A DNA stretch of 64,000 nt from an uncultured Acidobacteriota bacterium (GCA_963700145.1 OY969474.1:4736001-4800000), one strand, 5' to 3'. Counted from the first letter of the stretch, positions 46,501 to 56,362 are shown. Notes: generated by a model not told the origin, from the sequence alone. A program made the numbers and translations.

Positions 46501-49500
46501 ATGGCCGCGCTGCAACGCCAGGGCCTGAGCCCCGACAACCCCTGGCCCGGGCTCGATCCCTTTGACGAGACGGACCGGAAGTACTTCCACGGCCGGGAGG
46601 CGGAGTCGGGCGAGCTGCTGCGGCTGGTCCGCCGCGAGCTGCTGACGGTTCTGTTCGGGCGTTCCGGGCTGGGCAAGACCTCGCTGCTCAAGGCCGGGCT
46701 GTTCCCGCTGCTGCGCGGGCAGGACGGCTTGCCGGTCTACGTGCGCCTCGACCATGGCGAGGGCGCGCCGGCGCTAAGCGAGCAGGTGCTGCGCGCGCTG
46801 CAGGCGGCGTGCGATGCCGACCGGGTGCAGGCGGCGCGGCCCGCCGCGGACGAGAGCCTCTGGTCCTTCTTCCACCGCCGCGACGCCGAGTTCTGGAGCG
46901 AGCGCAACCGCCCAGTGACCCCGGTGGTCGTCTTCGACCAGTTCGAGGAGGTCTTCACGCTCGGCCAGGAATCCGAAGCGTCCCAGAGCCGCTCGGCCGC
47001 CTTCCTGGCGGAGCTGGGCGACCTGGTGGAGAACCGTCCGCCCGACGCGGTCAGAGAGGTGCTGGAAGCCAAGCCCGCGGCGGCGCGGCGCTTCGACTTC
47101 AAGCGCTCGACCGCCAAGCTGGTGCTCAGCTTCCGCGAGGACTTCCTGGCCGAGATGGAAGGGCTCAAGGAGCGGATGCCCTCTCTCATGTACAACCGCT
47201 TCCGCCTGCTGGCGATGAGCGGCGCCCAGGCCTACGACGTCGTCACCTGCCCCGGCGGGCACCTGGTGGACGACGACGTCGCGCGGCGGATCATCCGGCT
47301 GGCCTGGAAGAACGAGCCCAGCCCCCCCGTCGAGCCGGCGGAGTTCCCCAAGATCGAGATCGACCCGGCGTTGTTGAGCGTGGTGTGCAGCGAGCTGAAC
47401 CACAAGCGCCGGCAGGCGCAGCCGCCGCTCGAGCGCATCACCCCCGCGCTGCTGGAGGGCGCCGACCGCGAGATCCTCGCCGGCTTCTACGAGCGCGGCA
47501 TGGCCGGCCTCGATCCCCGCGTCCGGGCGTTCGTCGAGGACGAGCTGATCACCGACCGCGGCTTCCGCGACAACCACGCCCTGGAGGACGCGCTGGCCCT
47601 GCCCGGCGTCACCGCCGAGGCGCTCGACGCGCTGATCCGGCGCCGCCTGCTGCGCGTGGACGAGCGGCAGAGCGTGCGCCGGCTGGAGCTGACCCACGAC
47701 GTGCTGGCCCGCGTGGTCAAGGACAGCCGCGACAACCGCCGCGCCCGCGAAGCGGAGGAGGCGGCGGCGGCCCGGGAGCGGGCGGCGCTCGCGCAGCAGC
47801 GGCGCAACCGGCGCAACGCCGCGTTCGTGCTCGCGGCGGCGGTCGTGGTGGTCGTGCTCGCCGGCCTCGCGACGTGGTTCGCCTGGCAGGTCAGGGACCA
47901 GAAGCGCCGCGCCGCCGAGCTGCTGACCGCGGCGGAGGGCACGCGGCTGGTGGCCAACGCCGATCGGCTGGAAGAAAACGACTACGACGCCTCCCTGCTG
48001 GTCAACGTGGAGGCGCTCGGCGTGGCGCCGACGCTCGACGCGCAGGCGGGGCTCCTCCGGCGCTTCGTCAGCCACCCGCACCTGGCGGCGTTCATGCCGG
48101 CGGCCGAGGCAGTCTTCGGCGTCGCCTTCAGCCCGGACGGCAAGCGGCTGGCCGCGGCGAGCGGGGACCAGACCGTGCTGTGGGACGTGGACGGCCGCAA
48201 GCCGGCGGCGACTCTGGCGGGGCACGACGACGCCGTCCTCGGCGTCGCCTTCAGCCCGGACGGGCGGCGGCTGGCCTCAGCGAGCCGGGACGGGCGCGTG
48301 ATCCTGTGGGACGTGGACCGCCGCGAGCCGCTGGCCTCGCTCGCGGGGCACACGGCCGATGTCTTCAGCGTCGCCTTCAGCCCGGACGGCAAACGGCTGG
48401 CCTCGGCGAGCCGGGACGAGACCGTGGTCGTCTGGGACGTGGAAAGCCACCAGCCGCTGGTCTCGCTCCGCGGGCACGAAAACACGATCTTCGGCGTCGC
48501 CTTCAGCCCGGACGGCAAGCGGCTGGCCTCGGCGAGTGGAGACCAGACCGCGATCCTGTGGGACCTGGAGAGCCGCCGGCCGCTGGCCACGCTCCGGGGC
48601 CACGAGGCCCTGGTCTCCAGTGTCGCCTTCAGCCCGGACGGCCGGCGGCTGGCCACGGGAAGCTGGGACGAGGACGTGATCGTGTGGGACGTGGACAGCG
48701 GCCAGCAGCTCGCCTCGCTGGAGGGGCACAAGGCCGCGGTCGTCGGCGTGGCCTTCAGCCCGGACGGGAAGCGGCTGGCCTCGGCGAGTCGGGACTGGAC
48801 CGCGATCCTCTGGGACGTGGACAGCCGCGAGCTTCTGGCCTCGCTGGAGGGGCACAGGAACGAGGTCACCGGCGTCGCCTTCAGCCCCGACGGCCAGCGG
48901 CTGGCCACGTCGAGCCTCGACCGCAGCCTGGCCCTGTGGGAGGTGGAGCGCCGCCGGCCGCTGACCACGCTGCGGGGGCACGAGAGCACGGTCTACGGCG
49001 TCGTCTTCAGCCCGGACGGCAAGCGGGTGGCCTCGGCGAGCGAAGACAAGACGGTGATCGTGTGGAACGTGGCCGGCCGTACACCGGCGGCCACGCTCAA
49101 GGGGCACAAGGATACGGTCATCAGCGTTGCCTTCTCCCCCGACGGCGAGCGGCTGGCTTCGGTGAGCGAGGACAAGACGGTGATCGTGTGGGACGTGGCC
49201 GGCCGCCGGCCGCCGGTGACGCTGCGGGGGCACGCGGCCGAGGTCTACGGCGTCGCCGCCGGCCCGGACGGACTACTGGCCTCGGCGGGTGAGGACAAGA
49301 CGGTGATCCTGTGGGATGTCGACGGCCGCCGGCCGCAGGCCAAGCTGGAGGGGCACGGGGGGGCGATCTACGACCTGACCTGCAGCCCGGACGGCAAGCG
49401 GCTGGCCTCGGCGAGCCGGGACAAGACCGTGATCCTGTGGGACGTCGCCGGCCGCCGGCTGCAGGCCAAGCTGGAGGGGCACAAGGACGCGGCCGAAGGC

Positions 49501-49965
49501 GTGGCCTTCAGCCCGGACGGCAAACGCGTGGCGTCGGGGAGCGGGGACAAGTCCGTCATCCTGTGGGACGTGGACGGCCGCCAGCCGCTGGCCACGCTCC
49601 GGGGGCACACGGACGCGGTCTTCGGCGTCGCCTTCAGCCCGGACCGCAAGCGCCTGGCCTCGGCGAGCTGGGACGGGACCGTCATTCTGTGGGACGTGGA
49701 GAGCCACCAGCCGCTGGCGACGCTCGCCGGCCACAAGGGCGGGGTCTTCGGCGTGTCCTTCAGCCCGGACGGCAAACGCCTGGCCTCGGCGAGCCAGGAC
49801 AAGACCGTCATCCTGTGGGACCTGGACCCGGCCGTCCTCGCGGCCGAGGCCTGCCGCACGGCCAACCGCAACCTGACCTGCGAGGAGTGGCGCAACTACA
49901 TCGGCGCCGACAAGCCCTACCGCGAGACCTGCCCGGGGCTGCCTGGGCCCGGGCGGTGCGATTGA
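46501..49965 (+). CDS. nSTAND1-like P-loop NTPase + TM helix + 14 WD40 repeats
   Basis: NPWPGL..F..FHGRE, GRSGLGKTSLL.AGL, FDQFEEVFT, REDF, ELTHD; 14 GH...FSPDG...LWD repeats; RNLTCEEW tail. Confidence 0.9.
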   Translation: MAALQRQGLSPDNPWPGLDPFDETDRKYFHGREAESGELLRLVRRELLTVLFGRSGLGKTSLLKAGLFPLLRGQDGLPVYVRLDHGEGAPALSEQVLRALQAACDADRVQAARPAADESLWSFFHRRDAEFWSERNRPVTPVVVFDQFEEVFTLGQESEASQSRSAAFLAELGDLVENRPPDAVREVLEAKPAAARRFDFKRSTAKLVLSFREDFLAEMEGLKERMPSLMYNRFRLLAMSGAQAYDVVTCPGGHLVDDDVARRIIRLAWKNEPSPPVEPAEFPKIEIDPALLSVVCSELNHKRRQAQPPLERITPALLEGADREILAGFYERGMAGLDPRVRAFVEDELITDRGFRDNHALEDALALPGVTAEALDALIRRRLLRVDERQSVRRLELTHDVLARVVKDSRDNRRAREAEEAAAARERAALAQQRRNRRNAAFVLAAAVVVVVLAGLATWFAWQVRDQKRRAAELLTAAEGTRLVANADRLEENDYDASLLVNVEALGVAPTLDAQAGLLRRFVSHPHLAAFMPAAEAVFGVAFSPDGKRLAAASGDQTVLWDVDGRKPAATLAGHDDAVLGVAFSPDGRRLASASRDGRVILWDVDRREPLASLAGHTADVFSVAFSPDGKRLASASRDETVVVWDVESHQPLVSLRGHENTIFGVAFSPDGKRLASASGDQTAILWDLESRRPLATLRGHEALVSSVAFSPDGRRLATGSWDEDVIVWDVDSGQQLASLEGHKAAVVGVAFSPDGKRLASASRDWTAILWDVDSRELLASLEGHRNEVTGVAFSPDGQRLATSSLDRSLALWEVERRRPLTTLRGHESTVYGVVFSPDGKRVASASEDKTVIVWNVAGRTPAATLKGHKDTVISVAFSPDGERLASVSEDKTVIVWDVAGRRPPVTLRGHAAEVYGVAAGPDGLLASAGEDKTVILWDVDGRRPQAKLEGHGGAIYDLTCSPDGKRLASASRDKTVILWDVAGRRLQAKLEGHKDAAEGVAFSPDGKRVASGSGDKSVILWDVDGRQPLATLRGHTDAVFGVAFSPDRKRLASASWDGTVILWDVESHQPLATLAGHKGGVFGVSFSPDGKRLASASQDKTVILWDLDPAVLAAEACRTANRNLTCEEWRNYIGADKPYRETCPGLPGPGRCD
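48100..49825 (+). repeat. Tandem ~126-bp WD40-coding repeats
   Basis: Recurrent GTCGCCTTCAGCCCGGACGG...CTGTGGGACGT at about 126-bp period. Confidence 0.9.
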
Positions 49966-49981
49966 CCTCGGCAGCCCGGCG

Positions 49982-51820
49982 CTACGGGAGGCTCGCGCTG
50001 GCCGCGGTGGCGCCGGCGGCGCGCACCTCGGCGATCAGCTCGTCACGGGTGATCAGCTCGCCGAAGAGGTGGGGGCCGCGGCCGGGGCGGTAGAGGAGGT
50101 AGAAGGGGATGCCGTAGCGGCCGTGGGCGGCGAGGAAGGCGCGAATCTCCTCGTCCTTGTTCGTCCAGTCGGCCTTCATCGGCACCACGCCGTGCTCGCG
50201 GAAGGCGCCGGCCACCTCCGGCGTCTCCAGCACCCACCGCTCGTTGACCTTGCAGGTGAAGCACCAGTCGGCGGTGACGTCGACGAAGACCGGCGTGCCG
50301 CGCGCGGCGAGCGCCTGGGCCCGCGCGCCGTCGAACGGCACCCAGGCGATCAGCTTGCGCGCCGGCTCGACGCCGTTGCCGGTCGCCGCGCCCGCCTCGC
50401 CGGCGACGGCGAGGAGGAGCGGCGCCACCGCCGCCGCCAGCACGCCGACGGCGGCGACGCGCCGCAGGGCCGACCCGACGACCGCGCGGTGGCGCATCCA
50501 GACCAGGAGGCCGAGAGCGAGGAGCGCCAGCTCGATCGCCGCGCGCCGCTCGGCCGAGACCTGCGACGCCAGCACGTAGAGCAGCCAGACCGCGGCCGCG
50601 GCGAGGAAGAAGCCCATCGTCCCCTTGAGGGTGTCCATCCACGGTCCCGGCTTCGGCAGCAGGCGCGCGGCGCCGGGCCAGGCGGCGAGGAGCAGATAAG
50701 GCAGTGCCATACCGACGCCGATCGCGGTGAAGACCGCGATCACGATGCCCGTGTCCTGGCCGAGCGCGAAGCCTAACGCCGTACCGAGGAAGGGGGCCGA
50801 GCAGGGGGTCGCCATGAGAGTGGCGAAGAGGCCGGTCGCGAAGTGCCCCGCCACCCCCTCGCGCGGCCCGCCGCCGGCGAGGCGCGCGACCCGCCAGGGC
50901 AGGGTGATCTCGAAGAGCCCCCAGAGGTTGAGGCAGAAGAGGACGACGACGACCGCCAGGAAGGCGACGAAGCCCGGCCGCTGGAACTGCACCCCCCAGC
51001 CGACCGCCGAGCCCGCGGCGCGCGCCGCGACCGCCGCCGCGGCGAGCCCCCAGAAGGAGACCAGGATGCCGGCCGCGGTGGCGAGCGAGCCGCGCACCAC
51101 CTCCCGCCGCCCCTGCCCGGCGCTCTGCACCAGGCCGAAGACCTTGAGCGAGAGGACGGGCAGGACGCAGGGCATGGCGTTGAGGATGAGGCCGCCGAGG
51201 ATGCCGAGGAGGATGGCGAAGCCGCCGGCCGAGAGCGCAGCGCGGCGCGAGACGGCGGTGGCCGCGGCGCCCGCGCCCGCCCCGGCGTCTGGCGGCGCCG
51301 CGGCGCCGGTGGCCTCGCCGCCGCTGCCGACCGTGAGGTCGAGCTTGGCGGTCGCCTCGGTCGGCGGAAGGCACTGCTGGTCGTCGCAGGCCTGGTACTG
51401 CAGGGTGGCGACGACCGGATAGCCGCCGGCCGCGGCACCGGCCGGCACCGCGAGCTCGGCGTGGATCTCGACCGTCCCGTCGTAGACCGCCAGCGGCTCC
51501 TCGGCGAAGGTGAACTTCTGTTTCTCCGCCTCGGGGTAGGTGATCGCGCCGGCCTTCCACCCCTCGGGCAGGGTGAGGGCAAGCTCGGTGGGGATCAGGT
51601 AATCGAACGTCGGGACGTTGGCGTTGACGTGCCACCCGTCCTCGACGGTCACGCGCGCCACGACGACGGCGGCGCTTCCCGGCGCGTAGGCGGTGCGGTC
51701 GGCGGTGAGGGTAAGGGAGGCTTTTTCGAGGTCGGGAGGCTGCGCGAAGCCCGCCGGCGCCACGGCGAAGGCGAGGGCGGCGAGAGCTAGGACGGCGGCG
51801 CGGAAACGGGGCGTGCGCAT
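49982..51820 (-). CDS. dsbD: Protein-disulfide reductase DsbD family
   Basis: YQACDDQQCLPP, LNAMPCVLP, ATPCSAP, TADWCFTCK. Confidence 0.92.
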   Translation of the reverse strand: MRTPRFRAAVLALAALAFAVAPAGFAQPPDLEKASLTLTADRTAYAPGSAAVVVARVTVEDGWHVNANVPTFDYLIPTELALTLPEGWKAGAITYPEAEKQKFTFAEEPLAVYDGTVEIHAELAVPAGAAAGGYPVVATLQYQACDDQQCLPPTEATAKLDLTVGSGGEATGAAAPPDAGAGAGAAATAVSRRAALSAGGFAILLGILGGLILNAMPCVLPVLSLKVFGLVQSAGQGRREVVRGSLATAAGILVSFWGLAAAAVAARAAGSAVGWGVQFQRPGFVAFLAVVVVLFCLNLWGLFEITLPWRVARLAGGGPREGVAGHFATGLFATLMATPCSAPFLGTALGFALGQDTGIVIAVFTAIGVGMALPYLLLAAWPGAARLLPKPGPWMDTLKGTMGFFLAAAAVWLLYVLASQVSAERRAAIELALLALGLLVWMRHRAVVGSALRRVAAVGVLAAAVAPLLLAVAGEAGAATGNGVEPARKLIAWVPFDGARAQALAARGTPVFVDVTADWCFTCKVNERWVLETPEVAGAFREHGVVPMKADWTNKDEEIRAFLAAHGRYGIPFYLLYRPGRGPHLFGELITRDELIAEVRAAGATAASASLP

Positions 51821-51896
51821 CGCCCCGCATGATACCAGCGGGCGGATCACGCCAAATTGACGCCCCGAAGCGCTCCAACCTGGAGTTTACCGGCCC

Positions 51897-52068
51897 ATCT
51901 CGGAGATTGGCGGCCGATCTCGGAGATCGGCGGACGGTCATGGAGATCGCCGGACGATCACGGAGATGGAGCGCCGATCACCGTAACTGGGCCCTCCGTC
52001 ACCGAGATTGCGCGCCGATCACGGAAATCGGGCGACGATCTCGGAGATGAAGCGTTGATCTCGGAGAT
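51897..52068. repeat. Array of nine 20-bp-period units with palindromic core ATCTCGGAGAT
   Basis: Cores at 51897, 51917, 51937, 51957, 51977, 51998, 52018, 52038, 52058. Confidence 0.85.
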
Positions 52069-52302
52069 GGGGCGTTTTGCTGCGCGCTTGATCGACCGTT
52101 CCGGTGTGGGGACCCGCAGGCTCTCCTCCGCGCCGGGCGCTCCTTTGTGTCCGCGCTGCGCGTGCTGGTACAGAGGGGGTTGCCGGCAAACATGGGGGGG
52201 CTCCGGCGCCTCGCACGGTGGACTGCCAAGGGGAGCGGACGGAGCGCCCGGCGCTCCAGAGACCTGCGGGCCCTGGAACCGGCGGTGGAGCCCCTGCGAG
52301 GT

Positions 52303-52656
52303 GTCATCCCGAGCGTGAGCGAGGGATCTGGGGGAAGGGTGGGCGCGAAGACCAACCAGCATCGCGCCGCCCCCCGCCCAGATCCTTCGCTCTCGCTCAG
52401 GATGACAAGGGAGGGGTTGTTCCCCCTGTTTCTGTCGGACGTCACTTCAGAGATTCGAGTCATGGCGCCGCGTGATGTGCCGGGCCAGAGGCCCGCGAAG
52501 CGGCGCGTTCGGGTGAAGGGGCCACCGTGCGTTAGCGGCGAAGCCTCTACCCGCTAACCAGCCACCACCCTTTCCAACCAGGACCCGCGAAGCGGGCGCG
52601 CCTCTTCGCGGGCCGGGTGGCCCGGCATCTCACGCGGCACTATCCGTCCCGCGCGG
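52303..52656 (+). repeat. Structured non-coding element copy 1 (REP doublet plus long stem-loop)
   Basis: Reverse complement of 60745-61087; internal inverted repeats 52303-52406 and 52467-52638. Confidence 0.9.
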
Positions 52657-52697
52657 AGAGGTCCGGGCGGGGGGCTCCCCTGATACGATCCCGCCCC

Positions 52698-53870
52698 GTG
52701 AACCTAGCCCAGCGCGTCGCCAGGATGAGCGAGTCGGCGACGTTGCAGGTCTCGCGCAAGGCGGCGGAGTTGCGGGCGCGGGGGGTGGAGGTTGTGGACT
52801 TCGGGGCCGGCGAGCCGGACTTCGATACCCCTCCGATCGCCGTCGAGGCCGCGCGTCAGGCGCTGGCGCGGGGGTTCACCCGCTATACCAATTCGAGCGG
52901 CATCCCCGAGCTGCGCGCTGCCCTCGCCGACTCCCTCCGTCAGCGCCACGGCGCCCCCTGGGCCCCCTCCCAGACCGTCGTCACCGTCGGCGCCAAGGCC
53001 GCCCTCTTCGAGCTCGCGCTGGCCCTCTTCGAAAGCGGCCAGGAAGTCGTCATCCCGTCGCCCTGCTGGGTCAGCTTCCCCGAGCAGGTGCGCTTCACCG
53101 GCGCCGAGCCGGTTGCCGCGCCGACCGCCATCGCCGACGGCTTCCGCATCCACGCCGAGGCCGTCCTCGACGCCCTGACCCCGCGCACCCGCGCCGTCCT
53201 CCTCAACTCACCCTGCAACCCGACCGGCGGCGTCGTCGGCGCCGAGGATCTGCGGGCCATCGTCGAGGAAGCCGCCCGGCGCGGCGTCCTCGTCATCTCC
53301 GACGAGACCTACGAGCGCTTCCTCTACGACGGCGCGCCGCACGCCAGCGCCGCGGCGCTCGCCGCCGAGTTCCCGGAGACCGTCGTCCTCGTCGGCTCCT
53401 TCTCCAAGACCTACGCCATGACCGGCTGGCGCATCGGCTTCCTGGCTGGGCCGCCGGCCATCGTGCGCGCGGTCGAGAACGTGCAGAGCCACGCCACCTC
53501 CAACCCCACCTCCTTCGCCATGGTCGGCGCCCTCGAGGCGCTGCGCGGCGCCGAGGAGGCGGTCGGGCGGATGATCGCCGAGTACCAGTGGCGGCGCGAC
53601 TACCTGATCCCGCGCCTCAACGCCCTGCCCGGCGTCGTCTGCCCGCCGCCGGCCGGGGCCTTCTACGCCTTCCCCGACGTCTCGCGCTGCTACCGCGACG
53701 GCCGGCGCGGCTCGATCGCGTTTTCCGAGTTCCTGCTCGAGCGGGCGCGGGTGGCGGTGGTGCCGGGCGAGGCCTTCGGCGCCGACGAGCACGTCCGCAT
53801 CTCCTTCGCCTGCTCGCGCGAGGCGCTGGAGTGCGGGCTGCGGCGCTTGGCCGACGTGCTCGCCGACTAG
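52698..53870 (+). CDS. aspC: PLP-dependent aminotransferase class I (aspartate aminotransferase-like)
   Basis: GEPDFDTP, NSPCNPTG, SDETY, SFSKTYAMTGWRIG, GAFY. Confidence 0.88.
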   Translation: MNLAQRVARMSESATLQVSRKAAELRARGVEVVDFGAGEPDFDTPPIAVEAARQALARGFTRYTNSSGIPELRAALADSLRQRHGAPWAPSQTVVTVGAKAALFELALALFESGQEVVIPSPCWVSFPEQVRFTGAEPVAAPTAIADGFRIHAEAVLDALTPRTRAVLLNSPCNPTGGVVGAEDLRAIVEEAARRGVLVISDETYERFLYDGAPHASAAALAAEFPETVVLVGSFSKTYAMTGWRIGFLAGPPAIVRAVENVQSHATSNPTSFAMVGALEALRGAEEAVGRMIAEYQWRRDYLIPRLNALPGVVCPPPAGAFYAFPDVSRCYRDGRRGSIAFSEFLLERARVAVVPGEAFGADEHVRISFACSREALECGLRRLADVLAD

Positions 53871-53938
53871 CGTCCAGGGGCCCGATCCGGCACGCCGCTC
53901 GCAAGCGCCTCGCTCGCATCCGACCGTGGAGGAATGAG

Positions 53939-55813
53939 ATGACCCGTCAGCTCCCGCTCAGCTTCCGGCAGGCGCTCCTGGCCGCGCTCCTCGTCCCGTC
54001 CTGCGTCGCGCCCCTCCTCGCCAACGGCAACGGCGCCAAGCCCCCAACACCCACCGCTGCCGCCGCCCCCGAGGAGCACGCCGGCCCGCCGACCGTCGAG
54101 GAGGCGCGCCGCTTCATCGAGGAGGGCGAGACGCGCCTGCGCGACCTGGCGCTCGAGGCCGGCCGCGCCGCCTGGGTGCAGGCCAACTTCATCACTCAGG
54201 ACACCGAGCTCCTCGCCGCCAAGGCCAACGAGCGGCTGACCGAGGCCGGCGTCGAGCTGGCCATGGCCTCCACCCGCTACGCCGACCTCGACCTGCCGCC
54301 CGAGCTCGAGCGCAAGCTCATGCTGCTGCGCCAGAGCCTGACGCTGCCGGCGCCGGACGACCCCGCCAAGCGCGAGGAGCTGAGCCGCATCGCGGCGCAG
54401 ATGGAGAGCATCTACGGCTCCGGCAAGTACTGCCCGAAGCCGGACGAGTGCAAGGGCGAGCAGGACCTGACGAAGATCATGGCCGAGAGCCGCGACCCGG
54501 CGGCGCTGCTCGACGCCTGGACCGGCTGGCACTCGATCGCGCGGCCGATCCGCCCCCTGTACCGGCGCTACGTCGAGCTGGGCAACGAAGGCGCGCGGGG
54601 GCTCGGCTACCCCGACTTGGGCGCCCTCTGGCGCTCGAAGTACGACATGCCGCCGGACGACTTCGCCGCCGAGGTGGACCGCCTGTGGACGCAGGTCAAG
54701 CCGCTCTACGACCCGCTCCACTGCTACGTCCGCGCCAAGCTCTCGGAGAAGTACGGCCCGGAGGTCGTGCCGCCGGACGGGCCGATCCCCGCCCACCTGA
54801 CGGGCAACATGTGGGCGCAGCAGTGGACCTACATCTACGACCTGGTGGCGCCGCCCGGGGCCGACCCCGGCTACAACCTCGACGAGCGCCTCGCGGCGCA
54901 GAACCTCGACGAGAAGGAGTTCGTGCGCTACGGCGAGCGCTTCTTCAGCTCGCTCGGCTTCGAGCCGCTGCCCGCGACCTTCTGGGAGCGGTCGCTGTTC
55001 AAGCAGCCGCAGGACCGCGACGTGGTCTGCCACGCCAGCGCCTGGGACCTCGACAATCAGGACGACCTGCGGATCAAGATGTGCATCGACGTCAATGCCG
55101 AGGACTTCGTGACCGTCCACCACGAGCTGGGGCACAACTACTACCAGCGCGCCTACAAGAACCAGCCCTTCCTCTTCCAGGACAGCGCCAACGACGCCCT
55201 CCACGAGGCGGTGGGGGACACGATCGCGCTGTCGATGACCCCCGAGTACCTCAAGCAGGTCGGCTTGATCGACGAGGTGCCCGACCCGTCGAAGGACCTG
55301 GGCTTCTTGATGAACCTGGCGCTCGACAAGGTCGCCTTCCTGCCCTTCGGCCTGCTCATCGACCAGTGGCGGTGGAAGGTCTTCTCCGGCGAGTTCGGGC
55401 CGGAGGAGTACAACGCCACCTGGTGGCAGCTGCGCGAGAAGTACCAGGGGGTCGGCGCGCCGGTGCCGCGCAGCGAGCAGGACTTCGACCCCGGCGCCAA
55501 GTACCACGTGCCGGGGAGCGTGCCCTACACGCGCTACTTCCTGGCCCACGTCCTCCAGTTCCAGCTCCACCGCGGGCTCTGCCAGGCGGCGGGGCAGAGC
55601 GGGCCGCTCCACCGCTGCTCGATCTACGGCAGCAAGGAGGCGGGAGCGCGGCTGCAGAAGATGCTGGAGATGGGGCTGTCGCGCCCCTGGCCGGACGCGC
55701 TCGAGGTGGTCACCGGCCAGCGGCAGATGGACGCCACCGCGATCCTCGACTACTTCGCGCCGCTCAAGACCTGGCTGGAGGAGCAGAACAAGGGGCGGCA
55801 GTGCGGGTGGTGA
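53939..55813 (+). CDS. M2-family metallopeptidase (ACE-like peptidyl-dipeptidase)
   Basis: [39 protein letters not shown]; signal peptide. Confidence 0.95.
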   Translation: MTRQLPLSFRQALLAALLVPSCVAPLLANGNGAKPPTPTAAAAPEEHAGPPTVEEARRFIEEGETRLRDLALEAGRAAWVQANFITQDTELLAAKANERLTEAGVELAMASTRYADLDLPPELERKLMLLRQSLTLPAPDDPAKREELSRIAAQMESIYGSGKYCPKPDECKGEQDLTKIMAESRDPAALLDAWTGWHSIARPIRPLYRRYVELGNEGARGLGYPDLGALWRSKYDMPPDDFAAEVDRLWTQVKPLYDPLHCYVRAKLSEKYGPEVVPPDGPIPAHLTGNMWAQQWTYIYDLVAPPGADPGYNLDERLAAQNLDEKEFVRYGERFFSSLGFEPLPATFWERSLFKQPQDRDVVCHASAWDLDNQDDLRIKMCIDVNAEDFVTVHHELGHNYYQRAYKNQPFLFQDSANDALHEAVGDTIALSMTPEYLKQVGLIDEVPDPSKDLGFLMNLALDKVAFLPFGLLIDQWRWKVFSGEFGPEEYNATWWQLREKYQGVGAPVPRSEQDFDPGAKYHVPGSVPYTRYFLAHVLQFQLHRGLCQAAGQSGPLHRCSIYGSKEAGARLQKMLEMGLSRPWPDALEVVTGQRQMDATAILDYFAPLKTWLEEQNKGRQCGW

Positions 55814-55828
55814 AGTTGATTAGAGCCC

Positions 55829-55848
55829 GGCGCGAAAGCTTTCGCGCC
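55829..55848. repeat. Perfect 20-bp palindrome GGCGCGAAAGCTTTCGCGCC; relative at 59580-59600
   Basis: Both copies are intergenic and directly 3' of a stop codon; possible terminator or small REP. Confidence 0.55.
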
Positions 55849-55864
55849 TAGGCGTCTACCTTCC

Positions 55865-56362
55865 GTGCCGGGGACCTCAGAGACCGACGCCCTCCTCTGG
55901 CTCGCCGCGATCGGCCTGGTAACGGCCGGCGCGGCGGGCACCGTACTGCCTGCCATCCCCGGCGCGCCGCTGGTGCTCGGCGGGCTCGTCCTCGCCGCCT
56001 GGATCGACGACTTCCAGAAGGTCGGCTGGATCACCCTCGGCTTCCTCGGCCTCCTGACGCTGCTCTCGATCGGCATCGATCTCGCGGCCACCGCGCTCGG
56101 CGCACAGCGCGTGGGGGCGAGCAAGCGCGCGGTCTTCGGCGCCGCGGTGGGGACGTTCGCCGGCCTCTTCTTCGGCATCCCGGGCCTGGTGATCGGCCCC
56201 TTCGCCGGCGCGGTCGCCGGCGAGTACTGGGCCCGCCGCGACTGGCGGCACGCGCACAAGGTGGGCCTCGGCACCTGGCTCGGCCTCCTCCTCGGCACCG
56301 CCGCGAAGCTGGCGCTGGTCTTCGCGATGGTCGGGGTGTTTCTGCTCGCCTATTACCTGTGA
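55865..56362 (+). CDS. DUF456 membrane protein
   Basis: GTVLPAIPG, GAQRVGASK, GPFAGAVAGE. Confidence 0.85.
   Translation: MPGTSETDALLWLAAIGLVTAGAAGTVLPAIPGAPLVLGGLVLAAWIDDFQKVGWITLGFLGLLTLLSIGIDLAATALGAQRVGASKRAVFGAAVGTFAGLFFGIPGLVIGPFAGAVAGEYWARRDWRHAHKVGLGTWLGLLLGTAAKLALVFAMVGVFLLAYYL

Noticed and set aside
48100-49825. Diversity-generating retroelement acting on the WD40 repeats
   Set aside because: No reverse transcriptase, and no template/variable repeat pair with adenine-specific differences seen
51897-52068. CRISPR array interpretation
   Set aside because: An 11-bp degenerate core with 9-bp linkers is far below CRISPR repeat and spacer sizes; no cas genes
52147-52557. Similar small ORFs in both element copies (52147-52557 and 60845-61129)
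   Set aside because: Similarity follows from the DNA repeat; starts differ and the sequence is dominated by inverted repeats, so non-coding is more likely, though a short peptide is not excluded
52440-52656. SRP RNA, RNase P RNA, tmRNA or riboswitch identity for the stem-loop
   Set aside because: No diagnostic motifs recognised, and it occurs in two REP-linked copies upstream of unrelated genes
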